Assembly (NCBI GenBank): GCA_036679645.1
Contig: JAZDCY010000056.1
Coordinates: 93,820 to 157,819, forward strand
Direction of reading: 5' to 3'
From: Gemmatimonadota bacterium
GTDB taxonomy: Bacteria > Gemmatimonadota > Gemmatimonadetes > Gemmatimonadales > GWC2-71-9
Length of the DNA: 64,000 nt
Shown: positions 19,515 through 28,937 of the stretch, piece by piece
Position numbering within the stretch: position 1 is the first letter of the stretch
How the letters are laid out: the number at the start of each line of letters is the position of its first letter
Translations under genes and position numbers: made by a program
Notes under the pieces: model-generated
The model's input: the letters and a program-made list of their open reading frames with translations, nothing else
What the model was told of the DNA's origin: nothing
Databases searched by the model: none

Positions 19515-20910
19515 ACGCGCCCTGCGGTGCGCGTTCTCGACACTCCTGCTGTGTACGACATCAGGCGCGGCAACAGCCCAAACTCACGACGGTTCCGGCA
19601 ACAGCTATTGGGGAACCATACCACCACCGCACGATTCGGTAAGCGCGGTATTCGCCAGCGGGCCACGCCCCGTCTGGGAAACCGTCTTGCTCGTCCCATA
19701 CTGGATCATGGGACTCCCGCTACGACTCCTCGCGGTCGGCGTCGGGGAAGGTGTCGAGTCCCTCGACGAGTCGGGCATTGCCAGTACGGTGGGTGGCTGG
19801 CTGGGTCCACGCACCGGACCGTTCGGGGTCGTCGTCAGCGCGCGGGCCGGCGGATTGAGTGGCGTCGGAGGCGGAGTGGCCGTTGAGCACACGGAGCTGT
19901 TCAATCGACCGGGTACCGCATTTCGCGGGCGGGTAGCCGGTACGTTCATCGGTGACTTTCGCGCGAGCGGCGCGGTGCGAGTCCCCTTCTCGGAACGCAG
20001 CCTGCTCGACGTGGGCACTGGGTATCGATTTCGCAACAGGGTTCGCTACTTCGGTATCGGGCCCGAGCGCGGCGCTGAGGACGAATCGATATTCCGCCAA
20101 CGTACATGGTGGCTGGGAGGCGAGGTCACCGGCGGCTGGGGAGATCAGATCACCGCGACCGCCAGCCTCGTGTTTACGAGTGTCAAGCCACTCGACGCGC
20201 GTGAACAGGACCAGAACAGCGACGACCCGCCTATCACCGTACGCTACGCAGACTCCCTGCCACCTGGCTTTGGCGAGACCTCTAACGGCATGGCTCTGGG
20301 GGCGGAGATCATGCACCAGGACGCGACGGATACTGGTAGGCCGATGAGTGGCGGTATCCGTCGTGCCATAGTCGGCTACTTTCGTGGGACCGGCGGCGAG
20401 ACGACCGAGTTCTGGAACGTACGGGGAGAGCTGCAGCAGTTCGTGCCGCTGTGGTATCGACATCACGTACTCGCCCTTCGGCTGGCGACCTCGTGGATGC
20501 AGCAGATTGGCGACGCGCCCATTCCGTTCACTCGCCTCATCTCGAACGACGATCCGGACCTCCTGCGCGGCTTCGACGACTTTCGCTGGCGCGACCGTGG
20601 GCTCGCGGTGCTGTCAGCGGAGTACCGCTGGCCGTTGTGGGCGTATGAGCGTGCGCAAGGTGCGGGCCTCGACTTCTACCTGCTCACAGATGTGGGACAG
20701 GTCTTCAGCGACTTCGACGACATCCGCGGAGAGAACCTGACATTCTCGTATGGCGCCGGCCTGCGACTCGTCACTGCAGCGGGCTTCGCGCTGCGCATCG
20801 AGTATGCGCTCAGCAACGAGGACGTGGCGTTCCGCCTGCGTGGCGATCAGATCTTCCAGACCTTCCGAGGGGCGCTCTACCATGGACGCGAACCGAACCC
20901 CGCGCGCTAG
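19495..20910 (+). CDS. Omp85/BamA-TamA-type outer membrane barrel protein
   Basis: RYFGIG, LRGF loop-6 motif (DLLRGFDDFRWRD), SAEYRWPL, DVGQVF, SYGAGLR. Start uncertain (TTG 19495). Confidence 0.8.
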   Translation: MHSASSRRALRCAFSTLLLCTTSGAATAQTHDGSGNSYWGTIPPPHDSVSAVFASGPRPVWETVLLVPYWIMGLPLRLLAVGVGEGVESLDESGIASTVGGWLGPRTGPFGVVVSARAGGLSGVGGGVAVEHTELFNRPGTAFRGRVAGTFIGDFRASGAVRVPFSERSLLDVGTGYRFRNRVRYFGIGPERGAEDESIFRQRTWWLGGEVTGGWGDQITATASLVFTSVKPLDAREQDQNSDDPPITVRYADSLPPGFGETSNGMALGAEIMHQDATDTGRPMSGGIRRAIVGYFRGTGGETTEFWNVRGELQQFVPLWYRHHVLALRLATSWMQQIGDAPIPFTRLISNDDPDLLRGFDDFRWRDRGLAVLSAEYRWPLWAYERAQGAGLDFYLLTDVGQVFSDFDDIRGENLTFSYGAGLRLVTAAGFALRIEYALSNEDVAFRLRGDQIFQTFRGALYHGREPNPAR

Positions 20911-22564
20911 GCTCGTCTCGCTGGCTGCGGGCGCGCTCCTGGTTTCCGCTTCGGGAGCGCTGCTCACGCCGTTGCGCGACGCTCCCGTCGCGTGGTACGC
21001 GGATGATATGCGCAACATAGCGGAACCCGCGGAACGCGAGCCGCACATCGTCCGCGCGGCGATCGACGCCACGCTATTCAGGCCGTTCGGTCGCTTCTTC
21101 CATCCCGGGCGGCTTGTCCGTCGGGTCGGTACTGCATTTGGAGGAGATCATGTTCCGGCCGCGGCGAACCTCAATGCGCTGGACGAGGTCCCGAATTCGA
21201 GTTGGTTCACGAATCGCCTCGGGCTCTTCCCGAGCGCTCCCGCCGTCGCCGCGCGGGGCCCAGCGGTGGGTGAAGGTCCATCAGCCCCGTGGACGGTGAT
21301 TCGCCCGAAGACGCAAGGTGTGACACCAGGGTTCGATATTCGGGACGCCAACGGACAGGTCTGGGTCATCAAGTTCGACGTTGCAGGATTCCCCTCGATG
21401 TCCACAGCCGCAGGGGTCATCGCGGGGCGGATCTTCCATGCGGCGGGGTACAACGTGCCTGACGATCGGGTCGTAACGTTCACGCGCGACCAGCTCCAGG
21501 TCTCGCCCGATGCCGAGATGCGCGAGGGTGACGACCGCCGTCAAATGACCCATGCCGATCTGGACGAGCTACTGGCGCGCGTGGAGCGCAATCCGGACGG
21601 GAGCTGGCGCGCTCTCGCGAGCAGGTTCCTTTCCGGTACGCCGGTTGGGCGCTTCGACTGGCGAGGACGGAGGCGAGACGATCCCAACGATCGGGTCAAC
21701 CATGAGAACCGACGTGAGATTCGCGGTCTAGCGGTCTTCGCCGCGTGGCTCTGCCACTACGACACCAAGCAGGGGAACACGCTCGACATGTACGTCGAGG
21801 AAGATGGGCGTCGCTTCGTCCGTCACTACCTCATCGACTTTGCCTCCACCCTTGGGGCGGGCGGGACCGGTCCCTTCCCCGCCGCCTGCTACGAGTACTC
21901 ATTCGATTTCGGTGCTTCGTTCCTCCGTGTCCTGTCACTGGGCGTCTACCAGGACCCCTGGCGGCGGCTCGAGCGTCCCGAGGGGCTCGATGAGATTGGA
22001 TACTACGAGAGCGAGGTCTTCTCCCCTCGCGGGTTCAAGCCACTCGAGCCGAACGCCGCCTTCGCCAATCTGACGGATCGGGATGGCTATTGGGCAGCGA
22101 AAATCATATCAGCGTTCACGGACGCGCACCTGGAAGCGATGGTTGCGGGGGGACGCTACCGCACGCCGGAGGCGGCGCGTTGGATGCGGCGCGTGCTGGC
22201 AGAGCGGCGCGACGAGATCGTGCGGTACTGGTTCAGCCGGGTACCACCGCTGGATTTCTTCACGTACCATGACGGGACAGTGCGATTTCACGATCTCGGG
22301 ACGAGAAGCGGGATCTTTTCGGGGTCCGAGACGCGTTACCGTCTGAGGGTGGCCTACGCGACGCCGACGCGCGACCTTGGTCCCACGACCGACTGGCTCG
22401 AACTCGAGCGGACGGAGACGGCGCTCTCGCAGATCGCAATCCCGGGCACCCCGGAGCCGTTCATAGCGATCGAGACCCAGCTCACACGGGGGGCGCGCTG
22501 GAGCCATTCGGTGACCGTGTTCATCGCGGCCGCGAGCGGGCGCGTTGTTGCGCTCGAACGATAG
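20882..22564 (+). CDS. Exported protein with HipA/protein-kinase-like motifs
   Basis: Hydrophobic N-terminus; KTQGVTPG..RDANGQVWVIKFD; HYDTKQGN (DxKxxN); YLIDFAS (DFG-like). Confidence 0.7.
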   Translation: MDANRTPRARLVSLAAGALLVSASGALLTPLRDAPVAWYADDMRNIAEPAEREPHIVRAAIDATLFRPFGRFFHPGRLVRRVGTAFGGDHVPAAANLNALDEVPNSSWFTNRLGLFPSAPAVAARGPAVGEGPSAPWTVIRPKTQGVTPGFDIRDANGQVWVIKFDVAGFPSMSTAAGVIAGRIFHAAGYNVPDDRVVTFTRDQLQVSPDAEMREGDDRRQMTHADLDELLARVERNPDGSWRALASRFLSGTPVGRFDWRGRRRDDPNDRVNHENRREIRGLAVFAAWLCHYDTKQGNTLDMYVEEDGRRFVRHYLIDFASTLGAGGTGPFPAACYEYSFDFGASFLRVLSLGVYQDPWRRLERPEGLDEIGYYESEVFSPRGFKPLEPNAAFANLTDRDGYWAAKIISAFTDAHLEAMVAGGRYRTPEAARWMRRVLAERRDEIVRYWFSRVPPLDFFTYHDGTVRFHDLGTRSGIFSGSETRYRLRVAYATPTRDLGPTTDWLELERTETALSQIAIPGTPEPFIAIETQLTRGARWSHSVTVFIAAASGRVVALER

Positions 22565-22574
22565 GGAGAATCAG

Positions 22575-24071
22575 ATGGCTACGAACGCTTCGCGGGATGG
22601 CCAAGCAAGCGCCGTAGATCGTTTTCTGCGCCTGTTCACAGAGGTGCGGGGCGGCGAGAGCACGACGGCGCTGCTGCTCGCGCTCAATGTTTTCTTGTTC
22701 CTGATGGCCTACTCTGTCATAAAAGTGCTCCGAGAACCCCTCATCCTGGCCGGTGGGGGAGACACGCTGAGCGGCGCCCAGCTCAAGGCGTACACGGCCG
22801 CCGGCTCGGTGTTGCTGTTGGCGGTCATCGTCCCCCTGTACGGGGAACTCGCCGGCCGCGTTCCCCGGCGCCGTTTGATCAATATCGTAAGTGCGATATT
22901 CGTGCTGGCGCTCGGCGGATTCTTCCTGCTGGCCCAAACCGGTCTTAGCGTCGGGATTCCCTTCTTCATCTTCGTCGCGATCTTCAGCGTGATGATCATC
23001 GCCCAGTTCTGGGCGTTCGCGAACGACGTCTATACGGAAGAGGAAGGAAAACGCCTCTTCCCCATCGTGGGCTTTGGTATGTCGGCTGGAGCGATCGCCG
23101 GGGTGTCGGTTACAATAGCGCTCGAACCGCTGGGGCTCAACGTGCTCTTTCTCCTCTCGGCCGGGGTGCTCGTCCTGGCTACCGCGATGACCAACCTGAT
23201 CGACCACCGCGAGCGACGCCGCACCGAAGCAACCGTACCGGATGCCATGACGAGTGGATTCCTGCCGGCGGCGACGGGGCAGTTCCGTGCGGCGACGGGA
23301 GAACTCAAGGCCACCGCCGAGAGTGAGGAGTACCAACGTGAGACCGGCACCTTCCGGACGGTCAAGCCCGGACAATCCATCGAGGAGACCGAGAAGGAAC
23401 AGATCGAAAGCACCGCGGGCGCCTTCGCCCTGGTCTTCCGCAACCGGTACCTGCTCCTCATAGCACTCCTGGTCATGCTACTGAACTGGGTCAACACGAA
23501 CGGGGGGTTCTTCCTGGATGACTTCATCACGCGGAGCGCGGAAGCGACCGTGGCCGACAATCCCCAAAGCGACCTCAGCACGGGTGAAATCATAGGTTCG
23601 TTCTACGCACGATTCTATTTGGTCGTGAACATCGCCACGCTCTTGATCCAGGGCTTTGCGGTATCGCGCATCATCAAGTACTTCGGTGCACGAGGAGCGA
23701 TCCTCTTTCTGCCGATCATCGCGCTTGGCGCGTACACGCTCGTGGCCTTCATCCCAGTGCTGGCCGTCGCACGGTGGGCCAAGACCGCGGAGAACAGTAT
23801 CGATTACTCACTCAACAACACGGTGCGCAACGTGCTGTTCCTGCCGACGACGCGGGAGGAGAAGTACAAGGGCAAGCAGGTCACGGACGCCTTCTCCCAG
23901 CGCGCCGGCGATGTCCTGAGCTCCGCGACGGTGTTCGTGCTGACGGGCCTGCTGGGCTTTGGAGGAATCGCCCTCGTGTACCTCAACATCCCGCTGGTGA
24001 TCATCTGGCTGATCATCGCGGTGGCACTCGGGCGCCGGTACGGACGCCTCGCGGCCGCAACGGGGACCTAG
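22575..24071 (+). CDS. NTT/TLC (Npt1/Npt2) family nucleotide (ATP/ADP) translocase homologue
   Basis: AYSVIKVLRE, QFWAFANDVY..EEGKRLFP, KTAENSIDYSLNNT, EEKYKGK; many TM segments; GGGAG RBS. Confidence 0.88.
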   Translation: MATNASRDGQASAVDRFLRLFTEVRGGESTTALLLALNVFLFLMAYSVIKVLREPLILAGGGDTLSGAQLKAYTAAGSVLLLAVIVPLYGELAGRVPRRRLINIVSAIFVLALGGFFLLAQTGLSVGIPFFIFVAIFSVMIIAQFWAFANDVYTEEEGKRLFPIVGFGMSAGAIAGVSVTIALEPLGLNVLFLLSAGVLVLATAMTNLIDHRERRRTEATVPDAMTSGFLPAATGQFRAATGELKATAESEEYQRETGTFRTVKPGQSIEETEKEQIESTAGAFALVFRNRYLLLIALLVMLLNWVNTNGGFFLDDFITRSAEATVADNPQSDLSTGEIIGSFYARFYLVVNIATLLIQGFAVSRIIKYFGARGAILFLPIIALGAYTLVAFIPVLAVARWAKTAENSIDYSLNNTVRNVLFLPTTREEKYKGKQVTDAFSQRAGDVLSSATVFVLTGLLGFGGIALVYLNIPLVIIWLIIAVALGRRYGRLAAATGT

Positions 24072-26353
24072 TCGGCCTCGGACCGCCGTTTCTTGCGGAG
24101 TGCCTCGAGGTCTATCACGATCGAGGCGTTCGACTGCAGCAGGTCATTCAACACCGTATCGGCCGAACGGCGTTCGGTGGTCTGCTTCCGCGTATCCTCG
24201 AGAAACGGCCACAGGGCCTTGCGAATTTCATCCGGCAGCGCACTCTCCAGGTATTCGAGCGCGGTGCCGCGGAGGTGCGCGTCTTCCGTATGCAGGCCCC
24301 GGAACGCGATCTTGAGCGGCTGACGGGGCAAGACGAGCGCAAGCATCGTAAACACGTGCTCGAGGCTGCGATTCGCTCGCTGTCGCAGCATCTCATCCAT
24401 GACCGGAGACCAGGACTCGTCTTCCATCTGATCCAGGATGCGATGGCTCTTCCACACCCCCTGATCGACGGCAACCTCACTGAGCACCGCCTCCTCCACC
24501 CGTTGCCGGCTGATGACCAGCTTGGGATTCCGATCCAGGAGGCGTGACAGAGCGCGGCCACAGCGGTACCTCACCTCGAAGCGCGAGTCGCGCAGCGCGC
24601 TCAGAAGCCCATCCACGGCGCGCCGATTGGGGCATGACGCGAGGACGAGCGGAAGCCGCCGCCGCACGGCGAAGTCCTCATCGGGATCGAGCAGCCGATC
24701 GCACAATTGCCCGGTCGCGCGTGGTGCGACGTCGCGCAGGGTCGCAATAACGTCCTGAGCCACAGCGTCCCACGCGAGTAGCGGCACCGCATATGCGACG
24801 AGTGAGAGCGGGAACGGGCGGGTCGCGAGCACTCTGCGAACCGCGGTCGCGTCGCGAGACCGCAACTCGCCGATCTGCGCGAATTCCGGCGTGAGGGTGA
24901 CCGCCGACGGCGAGGACCGCGCCGGCACCGCCGGCCGCTGCGCAGATGCGCGGACCTCTTTCAATGCCGGTCCGCTCGTATCGAATAGCGTCATACCCAA
25001 CGCCCCGGCCGTCTGCAGCAATGCCGTGCGGGTAGCCGCCTCGCGCGCCTCAGCGAGATCCAACTGCCCTGCGCGCGATAGAAGACTCCGTTCCAGGGCC
25101 TTCACGTAACCGCGCTGCAGACGAATGGCGAGCATGGCACCAACGAGTGACACGGCGATCGTGAGTCCCAACAGGACTCCGGTCACCGCGCCGACCGCGA
25201 CCGCGACGATGGTAACCTGAACGATCGCGCCCCCGATCACATCTCCGAGCCGAACCGCGCCGACGTCTACCAATACCTTGGTCGCGCGTTTCTGGCGCGG
25301 GGCGAGCGGAGCGAACAGCATCTCGTAGCCGGCTCGGTATAGCCCGTTCCGCATCACAGACTCGGCGCCCCGGACACCGATGATCATGCCGAGCCGGGGC
25401 GCGACGAGCGCAGCCGCTCCACCGAGCGCTATGGTTGAGGGAAGGAGAGCAACCGTACGCCCGAGTCCCAACCGCTCCAGCGACAGGCGACTTCCGACCG
25501 CCTGCACGATCACCGTGAGAAGGGCGACGCCGGTATAGAACACCGCAAAGAAACGCAGCAGGGATTCCCCACTGCCGAACGACGCGGTCGCGCGCGCCTT
25601 GAACACGTAGTCGATGAGTCCTTCGCCAATCGTCGTGACGAGTACGAGTGCGACCAGACCACGCAGGTATCCTGTTCGAGCCAGGAGCTTGACGCCGGCG
25701 AACGTGCTCTTCTCGGTGCGGGCTCCTGCGCGTACCGCGACACCGCCGCCGCGACGCACTCCTAGGACCGTTACCGCACACAGGACGTGCAGTGCGGCGA
25801 GGATTGGAAGCATGGCGGTTATCGAAAGGAGCGCAGCGGATCGTTCGGCGAGAATTCCCCCAAGCAGCCCACCAACGGTACCACCCGCCGCTATCCGTCC
25901 GATCTGACGTTTCGCCGTACGCGGGTCGAAGCGCTCGCTCACGATCGACCAGAAACCGGAGATCAGGACCGCACCGAGACCGGAGAAGTGGAAGTACACG
26001 GCAACCGCGACCGGCCGGCGGAAGGTATCCACGAACATCCACTCCGTGAGGAGCAGCGCACCGCTCACCAGGAACGCCAGCGGGACCACCCGTGCCGGGC
26101 CGAGCGTCATCAGGACGCGCGTCGTGCCAAACGCGAGCAACACCGACACCACCGCCGCGGCCATGACCATCGCCGGCAACGCCGAGATATCGAAGCTCGA
26201 CAGGAACAGCGCGTCACGAGTCGCCTTGGCTGCCATCTGGAAGGCGATCATGACGGTGGCCGTCAGCGTCGCAGCAAAAACCGCGGAACGGAGATCCCGA
26301 TCAGCGGTGATGGTCAGGCTCCGATGGGGCAGGTGTGAGGGTGACAGGCACAC
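24068..26353 (-). CDS. NTT-family transporter fused to HEAT repeats
   Basis: KATRDALFLSSF, ISGFWSIVSERFDPRTAKR, LIDYVFK, KVLVDV. C-terminal HEAT-like repeats (DEDFAVRRR, DSRFEVRYR, EDAHLRGTALEYL). Start uncertain. Confidence 0.85.
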   Translation of the reverse strand: MCLSPSHLPHRSLTITADRDLRSAVFAATLTATVMIAFQMAAKATRDALFLSSFDISALPAMVMAAAVVSVLLAFGTTRVLMTLGPARVVPLAFLVSGALLLTEWMFVDTFRRPVAVAVYFHFSGLGAVLISGFWSIVSERFDPRTAKRQIGRIAAGGTVGGLLGGILAERSAALLSITAMLPILAALHVLCAVTVLGVRRGGGVAVRAGARTEKSTFAGVKLLARTGYLRGLVALVLVTTIGEGLIDYVFKARATASFGSGESLLRFFAVFYTGVALLTVIVQAVGSRLSLERLGLGRTVALLPSTIALGGAAALVAPRLGMIIGVRGAESVMRNGLYRAGYEMLFAPLAPRQKRATKVLVDVGAVRLGDVIGGAIVQVTIVAVAVGAVTGVLLGLTIAVSLVGAMLAIRLQRGYVKALERSLLSRAGQLDLAEAREAATRTALLQTAGALGMTLFDTSGPALKEVRASAQRPAVPARSSPSAVTLTPEFAQIGELRSRDATAVRRVLATRPFPLSLVAYAVPLLAWDAVAQDVIATLRDVAPRATGQLCDRLLDPDEDFAVRRRLPLVLASCPNRRAVDGLLSALRDSRFEVRYRCGRALSRLLDRNPKLVISRQRVEEAVLSEVAVDQGVWKSHRILDQMEDESWSPVMDEMLRQRANRSLEHVFTMLALVLPRQPLKIAFRGLHTEDAHLRGTALEYLESALPDEIRKALWPFLEDTRKQTTERRSADTVLNDLLQSNASIVIDLEALRKKRRSEAD

Positions 26354-26657
26354 CGGCGCGCACGTCTAGCGCCAACGCGGCCGATCCATCACGCACGGCA
26401 ATCTCGACGGTGCCGTTAGATCCGACGAAGGCCAGCAATGCCCCGACCACCAGATGAACCGTCCCTTTGGAAAACCGTTGCCAACTGCGCGCCAAGAGGT
26501 ACGTAGCCGAAGACACATCACCCAGCGAGAGATCATGCGTAATGTCTACGAAGCGGATCGTGGGATCGATGCCGAGCATGGCGGCCTTCATCTCGGCCAC
26601 GTAGGCATCGGCGGTGCCGAAATAAGTGAGGAGGGTGACGAGCGGCACTCCGCTCAA
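26301..26657 (-). pseudogene. Internally deleted SAM hydroxide adenosyltransferase / chlorinase-fluorinase (DUF62) gene
   Basis: N-terminus LT(Y)FG.ADAYVAEMK, DITH, GTVHLVV joins directly to C-terminus GS.G.VEIAVRDGSAA. The VDPGVG core is missing and the conserved Asp is Tyr. Confidence 0.75.
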
Positions 26658-26661
26658 CGGA

Positions 26662-27774
26662 TCACCCCGTCACAATGGGGAGGGAGATCGAGCGGCCCGC
26701 CTTCTTCTTCACCGCTCGCGCCATCTCGAGCAATGCCACCGCAGCGGCAGATTCGGGTTCCGCCACGACAATGGGTGTCCCGCTGTCGCCAAGGTTTGGC
26801 AAGCCAGCCTGCAGCGGAATCTGCCCCAGGAGGGGTACACCAACTTCCCGGGCAAGGCGCTCGCCGCCACCCGAGAGAAAGATCTCGGTACGTTCTCCAC
26901 AGTGGGGGCACGCGAAGTAGCTCATGTTCTCCACGATCCCCAACACGGGCACGCCAACGCGATCGAACATCTTCGCGCTGCGCAACGCGTCACCGATTGC
27001 AACCTCCTGCGGGGTCGTGACGATGACCGCCCCGGTGAGCTGGATCGCCTGCGCCAGTGAGAGCTGCGCATCGCCCGTACCAGGCGGCATGTCGACGATC
27101 AGGTAGTCGAGCACGCCCCATAGCACGTCGCGCAGAAACTGCTGGATCACCTTCGTAATGATGGGACCGCGCCAGATTGCCGGCTGGTCGCGCTCAATCA
27201 GTAGTCCCAACGAAATAAGCTTCAGGCCGTGCGCCTCGAGCGGCACGATCTTGTCGCCCGACACGACGGGACGCTCGGTTACACCAAACATGCGTGGGAT
27301 ATTCGGGCCGTAGACGTCTGCGTCCATCAGGCCGACCGTGGAGCCGGCGGCGGCGAGCGCAGTGGCCAGGTTCGCCGCGATGGTCGATTTACCGACACCG
27401 CCCTTGCCAGACGACACCGCGATGATCTTGCCCAGGTCGCCAGCCTCGGCCGGCTGCGGCCCCGCCGGCTGGGCCGGCCCCGGTCCCGCAACGGGCTGAG
27501 CGCCGCTAGGTGGCGCCGGTGCCGCCGCCCCCTGCGGCTCAACCACGTCTATCCGAACGGCGGTGACGCCATCGACCTGCTGCACCGCACGCCTGGCCTC
27601 CCGCACGAGCGACGCGGGCTCCTCGCGCCCCAAGGCGAACGTGAACGACACGACCCCATCGTCGGAGACGCTGAGCTGTTGCACCATCCCCGCCGAGATG
27701 ACGTCGTTGTTGACGCGCTGGCTGCGAACGTTGGTCAGGGCGCCAGCGACGCGGGCCTCGAGAGTGTTTGGCAT
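26662..27774 (-). CDS. mrp: Mrp/NBP35 (ApbC) Fe-S cluster carrier ATPase
   Basis: SGKGGVGKST, DADVYGP, WRGP, DMPPGTGDAQL, ENMS, CPHC. Confidence 0.95.
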   Translation of the reverse strand: MPNTLEARVAGALTNVRSQRVNNDVISAGMVQQLSVSDDGVVSFTFALGREEPASLVREARRAVQQVDGVTAVRIDVVEPQGAAAPAPPSGAQPVAGPGPAQPAGPQPAEAGDLGKIIAVSSGKGGVGKSTIAANLATALAAAGSTVGLMDADVYGPNIPRMFGVTERPVVSGDKIVPLEAHGLKLISLGLLIERDQPAIWRGPIITKVIQQFLRDVLWGVLDYLIVDMPPGTGDAQLSLAQAIQLTGAVIVTTPQEVAIGDALRSAKMFDRVGVPVLGIVENMSYFACPHCGERTEIFLSGGGERLAREVGVPLLGQIPLQAGLPNLGDSGTPIVVAEPESAAAVALLEMARAVKKKAGRSISLPIVTG

Positions 27775-27783
27775 GAGGCTAAT

Positions 27784-28827
27784 CTAGACGCTCAGCGTCT
27801 CGCGGGCCGCCTCGAGCACCTTCGCCTGGACATCTCCCATCGACCCTTTCAGGGAGGCCCCGGCAGCCTTGGGATGTCCACCGCCCCCAAACCGACCGGC
27901 GAGAACGGTGACGTCGACGGCACCGACCGACCGAAACGACACCTTGATGCGCCCGTTGTCGATTGCACGGAACAACATGGCCAGGCGAACACCGTCGATG
28001 GAACGTGGGAACTCGACGGCCCCCTCGAGCTCTTCTGCCGAGACACCGTGTCGCTCAAACGCGCCGCTCGGCACCGTGATCCACGCCAACCCCGGAGGCA
28101 ACTCGACGACGAGCGTTTCCAGGACCTCCGCGAGCAGGCGAAGTCGGCCTTCGGGGGCCGACGCGTACACCCGCGTGTAGATCTCTTCGGCGCTCAGTCC
28201 CTGCGAGAGGAGATCTGCCGCCACGTGAAGCGCGCGCGGCGTCGTATTACTGAAGCGGAACCCACCGGTGTCGGTGAGGATCGCGATGTACAGCGCCAGC
28301 GCAGCCGGCCGCGGCAGCTCCCAGCCCGCCGTGCGCGCCAGGTCGTAGACAAGCTCACCCGTGGCACTCGCCGCAGAGTCCACGAGCCGCGGCCCCGATG
28401 GCAGCACGCCGTCACTGGTGTGGTGGTCGATGCACGCCACGGGCACGCTGAGCCGTCTGAGACGGTCCGCCAGGTGTCCCAACCGCCCGGCGTCGGAGAT
28501 GTCGAGCACGATCACGAGATCCGCTCGATCCAGCTCCTTCACTGCCTTCGCGGACCGGTCCGCGCCGTTCGTCCCGTCGAGCAGAAATGTGTAGCGCTGC
28601 GGAAAGGGGGTCGGATTGGCGATGGTGACGTTCGCGCCCAGACGATCCAGGAGGTGCCACATGGCCACACCGCTCCCGGCGCCGTCACCGTCGGCGTTGA
28701 CGTGCGTCGTAAGCACGACGCGCATCCCCGGGCGGATCGCCTCGACGATTGCTGCCGCACCGGCCCGCCGCGACGTGGGCACCTCGAAGGTCCCGACGGG
28801 CAGAGACGAAGATTCATTGCTCGGCAT
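27784..28827 (-). CDS. nrnA: DHH-family nanoRNase / pAp phosphatase
   Basis: THVNADGD, IDHH, TDTGGF, GGGGHPKAAG. Confidence 0.92.
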   Translation of the reverse strand: MPSNESSSLPVGTFEVPTSRRAGAAAIVEAIRPGMRVVLTTHVNADGDGAGSGVAMWHLLDRLGANVTIANPTPFPQRYTFLLDGTNGADRSAKAVKELDRADLVIVLDISDAGRLGHLADRLRRLSVPVACIDHHTSDGVLPSGPRLVDSAASATGELVYDLARTAGWELPRPAALALYIAILTDTGGFRFSNTTPRALHVAADLLSQGLSAEEIYTRVYASAPEGRLRLLAEVLETLVVELPPGLAWITVPSGAFERHGVSAEELEGAVEFPRSIDGVRLAMLFRAIDNGRIKVSFRSVGAVDVTVLAGRFGGGGHPKAAGASLKGSMGDVQAKVLEAARETLSV

Positions 28828-28937
28828 GGGTCCAACAATACCACGCCGCGGCACGAATGCGAAGCGACGCGGTGCCCTTGCACACGGGTGTCCGCCGCGC
28901 CCATCTTGGGACCTCCTCGACCCATCACGGGAGACCA

